Positions 30,405 through 40,419 of a stretch of DNA of 61,272 nucleotides are shown one piece after another. Location of the stretch: contig JACIYB010000001.1 of the NCBI GenBank assembly GCA_014360155.1, positions 1 to 61,272 on the forward strand. Reading direction: 5' to 3'. Numbering within the stretch: the first letter of the stretch is position 1; each line of letters starts with the position of its first letter. The stretch is from Syntrophomonadaceae bacterium. GTDB lineage: Bacteria > Bacillota > Syntrophomonadia > Syntrophomonadales > Syntrophomonadaceae. The translations under genes were made by a program, and so were the position numbers. A model generated the notes under the pieces. The model was not told the origin of the DNA. It ran no database searches and saw only the letters and a list, made by a program, of their open reading frames with translations.

Positions 30405-30684
30405 AATATTAACCTCCCCATTTAAACTGCAAATATTTTAGCAAATTGGGAAGGTTCTAAGTTTGTTCTTGATGAATAAGATTTTGCTATAAAAACCTCC
30501 TAATTGTTACTAAGAAATGTGCAAGATAACACTTTTTCGGAAATATAACCATCTTAAATAAAGGCAAGAAAACGGCAACCTTGCAACTGTTAAGATCTAT
30601 TAGAACGGCCTAAATATTAAAGGGGATTTTTTTTATTTTTTAAAATCCCAAAGTAAATTGACACGATCACTTATTGGAAAATCT

Positions 30685-30713
30685 TTGTATTTGCTTAAGT
30701 AAAAGGATATACT
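30685..30713 (+). promoter_or_regulatory. Putative sigma-A promoter of the DUF499 operon
   Basis: TTGTAT (30685-30690), a 17-nt spacer, then TATACT (30708-30713), about 65 nt upstream of ORF 30780. Confidence 0.4.
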
Positions 30714-30779
30714 GGTATAAGAGAATTATATAAAATTAATACAAATACCATATATAAATTGGCATAAATTAGAAAGCGG

Positions 30780-31043
30780 GTGTTTTTTATCAAAACCTTC
30801 TATAAAAACCAGAAAGAGGTAGCTGAAGCTATTAATAATACAATCGATAGCTATTGGAAAAATGATACCGATGATGAAGAAATGATTAGGCAAATCAAAT
30901 TCATTGCCAGGAATAATGATTCTTTGCTTTTTAAAGATGGGGATTATACCACATTAATTAAACAGAGATGTGGAAAGAGACGTCTTGAGATTGTAAATAA
31001 AATCTTGCTGTTAAAAGAAACCCAACAGAAAATGGAGGGATAG
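30780..31043 (+). CDS. Small hypothetical protein (87 aa), first gene of the DUF499 operon
   Basis: ORF with a GTG start that ends 6 nt before the DUF499 ATG and contains that gene's RBS. It may belong to a small Firmicute family (TIGR04540-like, recollection only). Confidence 0.45.
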   Translation: MFFIKTFYKNQKEVAEAINNTIDSYWKNDTDDEEMIRQIKFIARNNDSLLFKDGDYTTLIKQRCGKRRLEIVNKILLLKETQQKMEG

Positions 31044-31049
31044 CTAATT

Positions 31050-34000
31050 ATGTCATTGTTTAATCTCTGCAAACCAAGGGAAAGCGTATTTGATGAAACA
31101 AAACGGGATGATGTAATAGACTTAACTAATCTTGCAGATAACAAAATTAACCCTAAAGAATTCTTTGAGGAAAACTTTGTAACACAAGGGATGAACATAT
31201 TATTAGAAACGGCTTTCAAGCGCTTTAATCGGCAAGGTGCTACTGGTGTGATTAAGCTTACCCAGTCCATGGGCGGCGGCAAAACCCATAACATGATAGC
31301 TCTGGGGCTATTAGCCAAGTATCCTGAATATAGGGAACAAGTTATGGGTGATCGCTTTAAGAACAGCAAACTGGGAGAAATTAAGGTGGTTGCCTTTACC
31401 GGACGGGAAAGTGATGCTCCATATGGTATATGGGGTGCAATAGCAGAACAGCTCGGGAAAAAAGAAGTATTTAAAGATTACTACAGTCCTTTACAGGCCC
31501 CCGGGCAAAAAGCGTGGGAAAATCTATTAAAAGGCGGACCCTTGCTCATTTTGCTTGATGAACTTCCACCCTATTTAGATAACGCAAAATCAAAAACTAT
31601 TGGAGATAGTAATTTAGCAGCCGTTACCACAACCGCTCTGGCCAATCTCTTTAACGCAATTGGCAAAGAGGAACTTTCTAATGTCTGCCTTGTAATCTCC
31701 GATTTAAAGGCAACATATGAAAGCGGAAGTGAATTACTGCAATCCAGTTTTAAGGAACTGGAAAATGAGGTTAACCGTTTTGCCTTAAATATTGAGCCCG
31801 TCGGTTCAACATCAGATGAGGTTTATCACATATTAACCAAAAGGCTTTTTAAAAAGCTTCCTAATGCAAAAACCATTAATGAAATAGCTAATGAGTATAA
31901 AAAAGCTGTGTCCGAAGCGAAACAAATGGGCTATACCAATATCTCCCCGGAACAGATCTTTATGGGCATTAAAGACTCATATCCTTTTCACCCGTCAATT
32001 AAGGATTTGTATGCCCGTTTTAAAGAGAATGAGAATTTCCAGCAGACGAGAGGGTTAATTCGCTTAATGAGGCTAATCGTAGCCCAGTTATACAGGGGTG
32101 ATCAGCCAAAAGCCAAAGAAAAGCAGCTGATAAATGTCTATGATTTTGACCTAAAAGACCCGGAGATGCTAACATCCATTACACAAATCAAACCATCTTT
32201 AACCAATGCCATCTCTCATGATATATCCGCAAACGGCAAGGCTATTGCAGAGGTAGTAGATGCATCAATGAATGAGACTTGTATGCAAGAATTAAGCAAA
32301 TTGATTCTGGTAGCTTCGCTGGCAGATGTTCCAAACGCTTTGCTGGGACTAACATTTAGAGAAACTATTGGCTACCTGGCAGAACCAAACAAAGATATTA
32401 CCCGTGTAAAGAAAGCCTTAGACGAATTCGTCATGCAAGCATGGTATTTGTACACCGATAGAGACGGAAGGCTTTTCTTTAAAAATACAAAGAACATGAT
32501 CGCAGAACTCAATTCTTTAGTAGACTCTTATGATTCTGATAACGCCAAAAAAGAACTGAGAACATTCCTGGAAGAAAAATTTAAGCCCTCAATCCATAAT
32601 GACTGTTATCAAAAGGTACAGGTGTTCCCAGCTGTTGACGAAATTAACCTGACCGAAGATAAAGTGCTTTTGGTGCTCTTCGAGCCATATACAGGTTCAT
32701 CTGCTAAGTACCAGGGGCTACACCCTGATCTGGCTAACTTCTATGACGACGCCCGTTATAAGAACAGGGTTATGTTTTTATCCGGGCAAAGAAGCACAAT
32801 GGACAAATTAATAAAAGCTGCTAAAGAACATAAAGCAATAAATGTTATTATTGGAAGGATGGAAGAGGAAAAAGTAGCGGCTAACAACCCTCAATACCAG
32901 AAAGCAGTAGAAAAGTTACATAAGATCAAGCTGGAACTCCTGCAGGCCTCCCGAGAAACATTTGTGAGTCTTTATTACCCGGCAAAAAATGGTTTAATGA
33001 AGGCCGACTTTTTCATGGAATTTACCGGGAATGAATACAACGGCGAAAAGCAGATTAGAGATGTTTTAATTCAAAGGCAAAAGTTTACTGAAAACATCAC
33101 AGATGAAACTTTCAGGAAAAAATGTGAGGATCGTCTATTTACTCAAAAGGAAATGCGTTGGAGTGATGTTAAAGAAAGAGCTGCAACAAATCCATTATGG
33201 CAATGGCATAAGATGAATGCCCTTGATTTTTTAAAGGATGATATGCTCAAAAAGAATATTTGGAGAGAAAACGGTGGGTATATCGAAAAACCTCCCTTCC
33301 CTAAGGAAAAAACACAGGTACAGGTCCAGGAACTTCGTAGAGATGATCAAACTGGAGAGGCTACCTTAAAGCTCATACCTAAATATGGTGATAAGGTTTA
33401 CTACGAAGTAGGTGGTGTTGCTACCGAGGCTTCCAGCCCTGTAGAAAATCTTAATGAATTTAAAACAAAGGAGCTAAAACTTTCATTTCTTTGTGTAGAC
33501 AGCAAAGGAGAGCATGAAACCGGTGAACCGGTGGAATGGAAAAATAAAATCACAATAAAATACAGGGTATACGACAAGGGTGACAACAAGATAGTAGAAC
33601 TAATATCAGCCCCTGATGTGCCGATTAAATACACTACTGATGGCTCTAACCCAAAGGATCATGGAGGAATTTATGATTCAGAGGTTATCATCCCTAAGAA
33701 CACCACCTACGTTTTAGCTGTTGCTGAAGCAGAAGGAATATATTCAGACCCCTTATCTATTAAGATAGATTGGCAGAAGGACAGCAGTCTCCAGGTTGAT
33801 AAGAATAAATCCTTAAAATTGGATAAAAGGTCTAAGACCAATGATACAGCAGAGACCTATCAAGAGCTTTCCATGTTAAAAAAGCATAACGCCAAGTTGA
33901 TGGATGTGATAGTAACATTTTTTAAAACTGATGAAAACAATAATGATAAGGGCTGGATTGAATTAACAGTCGATGCAAAAACCACGGTTAATATTGAAAA

Positions 34001-34172
34001 CCTGGAAAGCAGTATGGAAAATGTTAGAGATAATTTTATGAAAGATGGCAGGGTTAATATTAGTCTTGAATACGGTGCTGTAAAGTTTGAAACTGGCCAA
34101 CACTTTCTAGATTGGATTGCAGAAAAGAAGAAAGCCCTAAAGGAATTTACTAGACAGGAGATTGTGCAATAA
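31050..34172 (+). CDS. DUF499-type P-loop ATPase (1040 aa)
   Basis: Walker A LTQSMGGGKTHNM, Walker B PLLILLDELPPYL and a long C-terminal extension. Confidence 0.8.
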   Translation: MSLFNLCKPRESVFDETKRDDVIDLTNLADNKINPKEFFEENFVTQGMNILLETAFKRFNRQGATGVIKLTQSMGGGKTHNMIALGLLAKYPEYREQVMGDRFKNSKLGEIKVVAFTGRESDAPYGIWGAIAEQLGKKEVFKDYYSPLQAPGQKAWENLLKGGPLLILLDELPPYLDNAKSKTIGDSNLAAVTTTALANLFNAIGKEELSNVCLVISDLKATYESGSELLQSSFKELENEVNRFALNIEPVGSTSDEVYHILTKRLFKKLPNAKTINEIANEYKKAVSEAKQMGYTNISPEQIFMGIKDSYPFHPSIKDLYARFKENENFQQTRGLIRLMRLIVAQLYRGDQPKAKEKQLINVYDFDLKDPEMLTSITQIKPSLTNAISHDISANGKAIAEVVDASMNETCMQELSKLILVASLADVPNALLGLTFRETIGYLAEPNKDITRVKKALDEFVMQAWYLYTDRDGRLFFKNTKNMIAELNSLVDSYDSDNAKKELRTFLEEKFKPSIHNDCYQKVQVFPAVDEINLTEDKVLLVLFEPYTGSSAKYQGLHPDLANFYDDARYKNRVMFLSGQRSTMDKLIKAAKEHKAINVIIGRMEEEKVAANNPQYQKAVEKLHKIKLELLQASRETFVSLYYPAKNGLMKADFFMEFTGNEYNGEKQIRDVLIQRQKFTENITDETFRKKCEDRLFTQKEMRWSDVKERAATNPLWQWHKMNALDFLKDDMLKKNIWRENGGYIEKPPFPKEKTQVQVQELRRDDQTGEATLKLIPKYGDKVYYEVGGVATEASSPVENLNEFKTKELKLSFLCVDSKGEHETGEPVEWKNKITIKYRVYDKGDNKIVELISAPDVPIKYTTDGSNPKDHGGIYDSEVIIPKNTTYVLAVAEAEGIYSDPLSIKIDWQKDSSLQVDKNKSLKLDKRSKTNDTAETYQELSMLKKHNAKLMDVIVTFFKTDENNNDKGWIELTVDAKTTVNIENLESSMENVRDNFMKDGRVNISLEYGAVKFETGQHFLDWIAEKKKALKEFTRQEIVQ

Positions 34173-34741
34173 TGGCAGAAAAAAAGGTTTCTTTTGGATT
34201 TGGCTTTATACCGTCAGAATCACAACACCATTTTCTCGTGTTGATTCCAAGAAAGCAAGACGAGGAAGTTTATATATACGAAAGATTCCACTGGCAGGAA
34301 GATAAAGAAAATCAAAGTATAGATCTGCGAAACGATAGGCCGAAGGTAAGGCTAACAAAACATAAATGGAAAAAGATTGAGGACACCCTGCGGTTGGAAT
34401 TCAATGAAAGATTAAAAAAAGAAAATATCCTGGTGGGCAAGTGGCATATTGGGCAGGTGCCGGTACAACGCCTTATGGGAAAAGAAATGGTTCTTTTGGC
34501 CTGGGCCATTGAAGATTGCGATCCTTCGGTTATCCCCACTGCTATAAAAAATTGGTTAGGATTAAGCCCGGAAGAACGCTGGTGGCTTTTTACCATGACC
34601 AATGCAGCCACCGGGGGCATTAATGACAAACGTGGCTGGAGGAAGGCCGTCAGATATGCCCTATCTGAAAATCCCATAGAAGAACGGAATAAACAATTAA
34701 GCTTATTTGATTTAACTATTCAGAGAGAGATAGACAAGTAG
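34172..34741 (+). CDS. DUF3780-like small protein (189 aa)
   Basis: TAATG overlap with the DUF499 stop. Assigned from its position between the DUF499 and DUF1156 genes; the family name is recalled, not verified. Confidence 0.55.
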   Translation: MAEKKVSFGFGFIPSESQHHFLVLIPRKQDEEVYIYERFHWQEDKENQSIDLRNDRPKVRLTKHKWKKIEDTLRLEFNERLKKENILVGKWHIGQVPVQRLMGKEMVLLAWAIEDCDPSVIPTAIKNWLGLSPEERWWLFTMTNAATGGINDKRGWRKAVRYALSENPIEERNKQLSLFDLTIQREIDK

Positions 34742-34756
34742 GAAGGAAGTGACAGG

Positions 34757-37666
34757 GTGCTTGACTATGATAAATCATTTATAGAAGTTCAATTTCCGGT
34801 GTCCAAGGTATCCAAGGAGAGCTATAAAGAGAGAAAAGCTAATTTAGGACAAACCTTAACGGGACTGGGTAAATGGTGGGGACGGAAGCCCTTAATACTG
34901 GCTCGTGCCGCAATTTTAGGCCTGCTTATGCCAGTAAGCCAAGACCCCATAAAGGATAGGGAAGTATTTTTAAAAATATTATCTATGGATGATGAAGGCC
35001 TCTGGCAGAGAAAACAAAAGTCCATATCAACTCAGGATATATACGATAATCTGACAAAAAGTGAGCAGCAGAAATATTTTGAAAAAGATACCAAAGGTAA
35101 GCTTAAATATAAAAAAAGTGTCACCAAGGAAGAAAGGGTAAACCTTCAAAAGCTTGTTTTTAATCGCTTTTCTTATGACCAAAAACTTACCTTTTGCATT
35201 AGACCCGAGGAACTTGAAAATATCTCCCAAGATCAGTGGGATATTATCAATGAGCATCTGGGAACTAAAGCTGCCAATATCCAGGAGCTTATACAACAGC
35301 TGGGAGAAAAAAAGTTTGGCAAAACGCCATTAGTAGGGGACTGTTTTGCCGGGGGCGGGAGCGTCCCCTTTGAAGCGGCCAGGTTAGGCTGTGATGTGTA
35401 TGCTTCAGATTTAAATCCCATTGCCATGCTTCTTACCTGGGCAGCCCTGAACATTAACGGAGCCAGCGATGAGGAAATTAAAGAATTAAAAGGGTTTCAG
35501 GAGAAAATTTTTAACTTGGCGGATAAGCAAATAACAGAATGGGGAATAGAGCATAACGAACAAGGCCATAGAGCTAATTCTTACTTATACTGCCATGAAA
35601 CCATATGCCCTGAGTGCGGATATAAAATTCCTCTGGCCTCTTCTTGGATTATCGGTGTTAGAACAAAGACTGTTGCCCTTCTTAAAGAAAATAATGACAA
35701 AGGTTATGATATAGAGATAATTTCCAATGCTTCAAAAGAACAGATAAATTTGGCCGAAAGCCTAGCTACAATTCAAAACAGCAATTTAAAATGCCCTCAC
35801 TGTAACATGACAACTCCTATAACCACTATTAGAAAAGATCGAAAAGTAAACGGAACTATAGAATACGGCCTTCGTCAGTGGGGGGCAAAAGAATTTCTCC
35901 CCAGAGAGGATGATGTCTTCCAGGAGAGGCTATATTGTGTCAGATATGTCAAAGAATACGTCGATGAGAAAGGTAATTTAAAAACGGAACGATATTATCA
36001 AGCCCCTACTACAGAAGATTTAGCAAGAGAAGATAAAGTGGTTGAGCTTTTACAGGAAAGATTCGACGAGTGGCAAGATAAGGGATATATCCCCAGCAAT
36101 AGAATTGAAGAAGGGTATAATACAAGTCAAATTATAAGAGAAAGAGGCTGGGCTTACTGGCATCAGCTTTTTAATCCGAGGCAGTTGCTTTTAAATGGAC
36201 TTATCTCCTTCTTAATTTCAAAAGAAGCAGGCAGCAAAACCAAAAAATCTATTGGGTTACTTGGTTTAAATAAATGTACTGATTATAATTCCAAGTTAAG
36301 TCATTGGAATTCAAACGCGGCTAACGAAAAAGTAGAACATACCTTTTATAATCAAGCATTAAATACATTTTATGTTTACGGAAGTAGAGCATTAGAGGCA
36401 TTAAGGGTGACATGGTTTTATAACATAAATAATTTCAATATTGATATAAAGAATAACATGCAAGTGACAGATGCAAGAAATTTAACTGAAGCAAGCCATG
36501 TATGGATTACCGACCCCCCTTACGCTGATGCGGTCAATTATCATGAATTAAGCGAATTTTTCCTTGCATGGGATAAAAAAATGTTACTAGAAATATTCCC
36601 GGAATGGTATGCAGACAGTAAAAGGGCTTTGGCAGTTACAGGAAGTGGTCTAAGTTTTAATGAAAGTATGATAGAAATATATAGTAATCTTGCAAATCAC
36701 ATGCCCGAGAATGGTATGCAGGTAGTTATGTTTACACACCAAGACCCCAGCGTGTGGGCAGAACTAACTTTAATTTTATGGTCTGCAGGCCTTAGAGTCA
36801 CTGCTGCCTGGAATATTGCTACGGAAACCGATGCAAGTGGGCTTAAACAGGGGAATTATGTAAAAGGAACGGTACTCCTCGTCCTTCGCAAGCAGGAGTC
36901 TGATGATACCGCCTACTTTGATGAACTGTATCCCGAGGTGGAGGAAGAAGTAAAACGGCAGATAGACAGTATGAGAGAGCTTGACGATAAGGAAGACCCA
37001 AACTTTTCTGATGCGGATTATCTCCTGGCAGCCTATGCCGCCTCTCTAAAGGTATTAACCTCATATAAGCAAATTGAAGATATAGATGTAAAATATGAAT
37101 TATCAAAGGATAGAAATTCAGGCGAAGAATCACCCATAGAAAAAATTATTAATGAGTCCATTAAGATAGCATATGACTATTTAACCCCTACGGGCTTTGA
37201 TTCTTTTACCTGGAAAACATTAAAGCCAGAAGAAAGGTTCTATATTAAAGGGTTGGAATTTGAAAAAGACGGCATTTATCAAATTGGTGCCTATCAAGAG
37301 CTGGCCAGGGGCTTTGGGGTGAAAGAATATAAGGATTTGCTGGCAAATACAAAAGCCAATCAAACCCGTTTAAAAACGGCTGCTGAATGGAGCATGAAGG
37401 GCATGAGTGGAACCGATAATTTTGGCTCCTCTCTGCTCCGTAATGTATTGGCAGCCCTTTATCAATGTATTAAAGGAGAAGATACAAGTAAGGGAAGAAA
37501 TTGGCTGAAAAATGAAGTGCCAAACTACTGGAATCAGAGAAACACCATTATGGAATTGCTGGACTTTTTGATAACCCTTGGCCATCATGTGCATATGGAA
37601 CATTGGGATAAAGAAGTGTACTATGCAAAGATGCTGCGGGAACTGGTCAAAAATGACGGGGTATGA
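34757..37666 (+). CDS. DUF1156-type N6-adenine DNA methyltransferase with a Zn-ribbon insert
   Basis: N-terminus FPVSKVSKES...KWWGRKPL, SAM motif I DCFAGGGSVPFEAARLG, Zn ribbons CPECGYKI and CPHCN, catalytic motif IV WITDPPYADAV. Confidence 0.85.
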   Translation: MLDYDKSFIEVQFPVSKVSKESYKERKANLGQTLTGLGKWWGRKPLILARAAILGLLMPVSQDPIKDREVFLKILSMDDEGLWQRKQKSISTQDIYDNLTKSEQQKYFEKDTKGKLKYKKSVTKEERVNLQKLVFNRFSYDQKLTFCIRPEELENISQDQWDIINEHLGTKAANIQELIQQLGEKKFGKTPLVGDCFAGGGSVPFEAARLGCDVYASDLNPIAMLLTWAALNINGASDEEIKELKGFQEKIFNLADKQITEWGIEHNEQGHRANSYLYCHETICPECGYKIPLASSWIIGVRTKTVALLKENNDKGYDIEIISNASKEQINLAESLATIQNSNLKCPHCNMTTPITTIRKDRKVNGTIEYGLRQWGAKEFLPREDDVFQERLYCVRYVKEYVDEKGNLKTERYYQAPTTEDLAREDKVVELLQERFDEWQDKGYIPSNRIEEGYNTSQIIRERGWAYWHQLFNPRQLLLNGLISFLISKEAGSKTKKSIGLLGLNKCTDYNSKLSHWNSNAANEKVEHTFYNQALNTFYVYGSRALEALRVTWFYNINNFNIDIKNNMQVTDARNLTEASHVWITDPPYADAVNYHELSEFFLAWDKKMLLEIFPEWYADSKRALAVTGSGLSFNESMIEIYSNLANHMPENGMQVVMFTHQDPSVWAELTLILWSAGLRVTAAWNIATETDASGLKQGNYVKGTVLLVLRKQESDDTAYFDELYPEVEEEVKRQIDSMRELDDKEDPNFSDADYLLAAYAASLKVLTSYKQIEDIDVKYELSKDRNSGEESPIEKIINESIKIAYDYLTPTGFDSFTWKTLKPEERFYIKGLEFEKDGIYQIGAYQELARGFGVKEYKDLLANTKANQTRLKTAAEWSMKGMSGTDNFGSSLLRNVLAALYQCIKGEDTSKGRNWLKNEVPNYWNQRNTIMELLDFLITLGHHVHMEHWDKEVYYAKMLRELVKNDGV

Positions 37667-40398
37667 GCAGGAGGAAAGCTATGGTTTACCGCTATTCATC
37701 CAGATTAAAGCCACTGGACGAATCATTTCTTAATAAAAAATTAGAAGGAGCAAAAAGTTATGACCGGATAGCAGGTTATTTTAGTTCTTCTATTTTTGAA
37801 GTGGCCGGAGAAGCAATTGAAAAAATGGAGGGGAAAGTCAGAGTTGTTTGCAACTCAGACTTAGAGGTTGAGGACGTTAGAACGGCCAGCGCCGCCATGA
37901 ATGCCATGCGAAAAGAATGGTGTGCTGCCAAACCGGAAGAGTTATATCAAAATGCCCCTGTCAGATTAAAAAAGCTGTATAACTTAATTAAAGATGGCAA
38001 ATTGATGGTTAGGGTTATTCCTAACAAAGTTTTTGGGATGATACACGGTAAGGCAGGAGTTATAACCTTAATTGATGGCCAAAAAACGGCTTTTATTGGC
38101 AGCGCTAATGAAACTTCTTCGGCATGGAAGCTTAATTATGAATTGCTTTGGGAGGATGATTCTCAGGAAGCAATTAGTTGGGTGCAAGAAGAGTTTGACT
38201 ACTTTTGGAATAGTCCTTATGCTATTCCCCTTTCTGAGTTTGTAATAGAAGATATTAATAGAATTGCGGAAAGAAAGGTTATTTATTCAGTAGACGAGTG
38301 GAAAGAAGAAGCAAACCCGGGCTCTACTGTTGTTGAATCTCCGGTTTATAGACAAGAGTATGGTCTTTGGGAGCATCAGAAGTTTTTTGTAAACCTTGCC
38401 TTTACTGACCATAAAAAGCCCTATGGTGCAAGATATGTGTTGGCTGACATGGTAGGGCTGGGTAAAACCATCCAACTGGCTTTATCTGCCCAATTAATGG
38501 CACTTTATGGAGACAGGCCGATTCTTGTCATTGCACCTAAAACCCTTCTCTGGCAGTGGCAGGAAGAATTGAACTCGCTTTTGGACATGCCTTCAGCGGT
38601 ATGGAACGGTAAAGAATGGGTTGACGAAAATGGCATTAAATATCCCAGCAGCGGTGAGGGATCTATAAAAAAGTGCCCCAGAAGAGTGGGTATTATTTCA
38701 CAGGGTCTAATTACGGCCAGGTCTCCCCTGGTGGACCATCTGCTTACAATGGATTTTGAGTGTGTTATTGTGGATGAAGCACACAGGGCCAGAAGGAAAA
38801 ACCTTGGCCCTGATAAGGAAGATGAAAAGCCAAACCCCAATAATTTAATGAAATTTCTCCTGGAAATATCACCAAAAACAAAAAGCATGCTCCTGGCAAC
38901 AGCTACCCCTGTACAGCTTTATCCCATTGAGGCCTGGGATCTGTTATATATATTATCCCAAGCGAATAATAGTGTCCTTGGCAGCAATTTAAGCTTGTGG
39001 AGAAGAAAGCCAGGACAAGCGATTAGATTAATTATGGGAGTGGATAAATTAGACAGATTTAATCCTGAAGTGATTGACTGGATAAGGAATCCTTTTCCGC
39101 CGGCGTCAGAGAACCCTTTAACCTTTGGTAGGATAAGGAATCGTCTAAATATGAAAGAGGAAGATTTTCTTATCAGGCCGGAACAAATAGACTCTCTCCA
39201 AAATACCCCGGACGGACGGAGAATAGGCAGGATAATAGATGATGACTTTATGGCCAGGCATAATCCTTTCATCAGGCACATTGTGAGAAGAACTCGTGAT
39301 TTTCTGGAGAACACTATCAATGAAGAGACGGGGGAGCCTTATCTGAAAAGGATTAAAGTAAACCTGATGGGAGAAGCGGAAGATGAGGCCATTATACTGC
39401 CTCCCTATTTACAAGAAGCTTATGAACATGCAGAAAAGTTTTGTGAGCTCCTTCAAAAGCGTGTCAAGGGAGGCGGGTTTTTAAAAACCTTACTCTTAAA
39501 GCGCGTTGGCAGCACCATGGAAGCAGGCAAAAACACAGCCCAGAAAATGCTTACCAACTGGGGTGGCCTCGGCGATGAAGAAGACTTTGAAGATGAGGAT
39601 ATTTCAGAAGAACTCGTCAGTCAAAGTGAAATAAAAAATATCACAGAGGAAGAAAAAGCATGCTTGCAGCGATTTATACATTCGTTGGAAGCCAACAAGG
39701 GAAAAGATCCCAAATATCAGCTTGTTTTAAGCCTTCTTAAAGATAACAAGTGGATGGAGCTGGGTTGTATTATTTTTTCACAGTATTATGACTCAGCCTA
39801 TTGGGTGGCCGAAAACTTGTCCAGGGAATTAAAAACAGAAAAAATTGGTATCTATGCCGGGGGAGATAAGTCAGGAGTTTTATATGATGGTATTTATAAA
39901 CGTAAGTCTAAAGAAGAAATAAAGCAGATGATAAAAAGGAGAGAACTAAAGATTTTGGTTGGAACAGATGCAGCCAGTGAGGGCCTTAACCTTCAAACCC
40001 TGGGGACCCTCATAAATCTGGACCTACCATGGAACCCTACCCGTCTTGAACAAAGAAAAGGAAGGATACAGAGAATTGGACAGGTTTATGACGAAGTATA
40101 TGTTTACAATATGCGGTATAAAGGATCCGTAGAAGACAGGGTGCATTCTTTACTTTCAGCCAGGCTAGAAAACATTTATGGTTTATTTGGGCAAATTCCA
40201 GATGTGCTGCAGGATGTATGGGTGGAAGTTGCTTTAAATAATATAGCTGAAGCGAAAAGAAAGATTGATGAAGTGCCAAAGCAGCATCCCTTTGAACTCC
40301 GTTATCACGTCCATGTGGGAAAGGTTAACTGGGAAAACTGTGCAGTGGTATTAGATGCAAAAGAAAAAAGAAAACATTTGATGAATGGCTGGAAGTAA
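37663..40398 (+). CDS. PLD-nuclease / SNF2-family helicase fusion protein
   Basis: ATGA overlap with the methyltransferase stop. Single HKD motif HGKAGV...GSANETS. Helicase motifs DMVGLGKT, IVDEAHRARR, LLATATPVQ and QRKGRIQRIGQ. Confidence 0.88.
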   Translation: MSRRKAMVYRYSSRLKPLDESFLNKKLEGAKSYDRIAGYFSSSIFEVAGEAIEKMEGKVRVVCNSDLEVEDVRTASAAMNAMRKEWCAAKPEELYQNAPVRLKKLYNLIKDGKLMVRVIPNKVFGMIHGKAGVITLIDGQKTAFIGSANETSSAWKLNYELLWEDDSQEAISWVQEEFDYFWNSPYAIPLSEFVIEDINRIAERKVIYSVDEWKEEANPGSTVVESPVYRQEYGLWEHQKFFVNLAFTDHKKPYGARYVLADMVGLGKTIQLALSAQLMALYGDRPILVIAPKTLLWQWQEELNSLLDMPSAVWNGKEWVDENGIKYPSSGEGSIKKCPRRVGIISQGLITARSPLVDHLLTMDFECVIVDEAHRARRKNLGPDKEDEKPNPNNLMKFLLEISPKTKSMLLATATPVQLYPIEAWDLLYILSQANNSVLGSNLSLWRRKPGQAIRLIMGVDKLDRFNPEVIDWIRNPFPPASENPLTFGRIRNRLNMKEEDFLIRPEQIDSLQNTPDGRRIGRIIDDDFMARHNPFIRHIVRRTRDFLENTINEETGEPYLKRIKVNLMGEAEDEAIILPPYLQEAYEHAEKFCELLQKRVKGGGFLKTLLLKRVGSTMEAGKNTAQKMLTNWGGLGDEEDFEDEDISEELVSQSEIKNITEEEKACLQRFIHSLEANKGKDPKYQLVLSLLKDNKWMELGCIIFSQYYDSAYWVAENLSRELKTEKIGIYAGGDKSGVLYDGIYKRKSKEEIKQMIKRRELKILVGTDAASEGLNLQTLGTLINLDLPWNPTRLEQRKGRIQRIGQVYDEVYVYNMRYKGSVEDRVHSLLSARLENIYGLFGQIPDVLQDVWVEVALNNIAEAKRKIDEVPKQHPFELRYHVHVGKVNWENCAVVLDAKEKRKHLMNGWK

Positions 40399-40419
40399 AA
40401 AACTGAGTGGTGTTTAAAA

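Larger units (their letters stand above)
27765..30650 (-). mobile_element. Degraded Mu/Tn552-like transposon (DUF6431 + rve transposase + ExeA/TniB-like ATPase); boundaries approximate
   Basis: Three-gene module on the minus strand. Both ends carry similar subterminal repeats in inverted orientation (taggcc, ttgcaagatttgcagtttcc vs ttgcaaggttgccgttttc, tatcttgtgtac vs tatcttgcacat). Confidence 0.6.
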
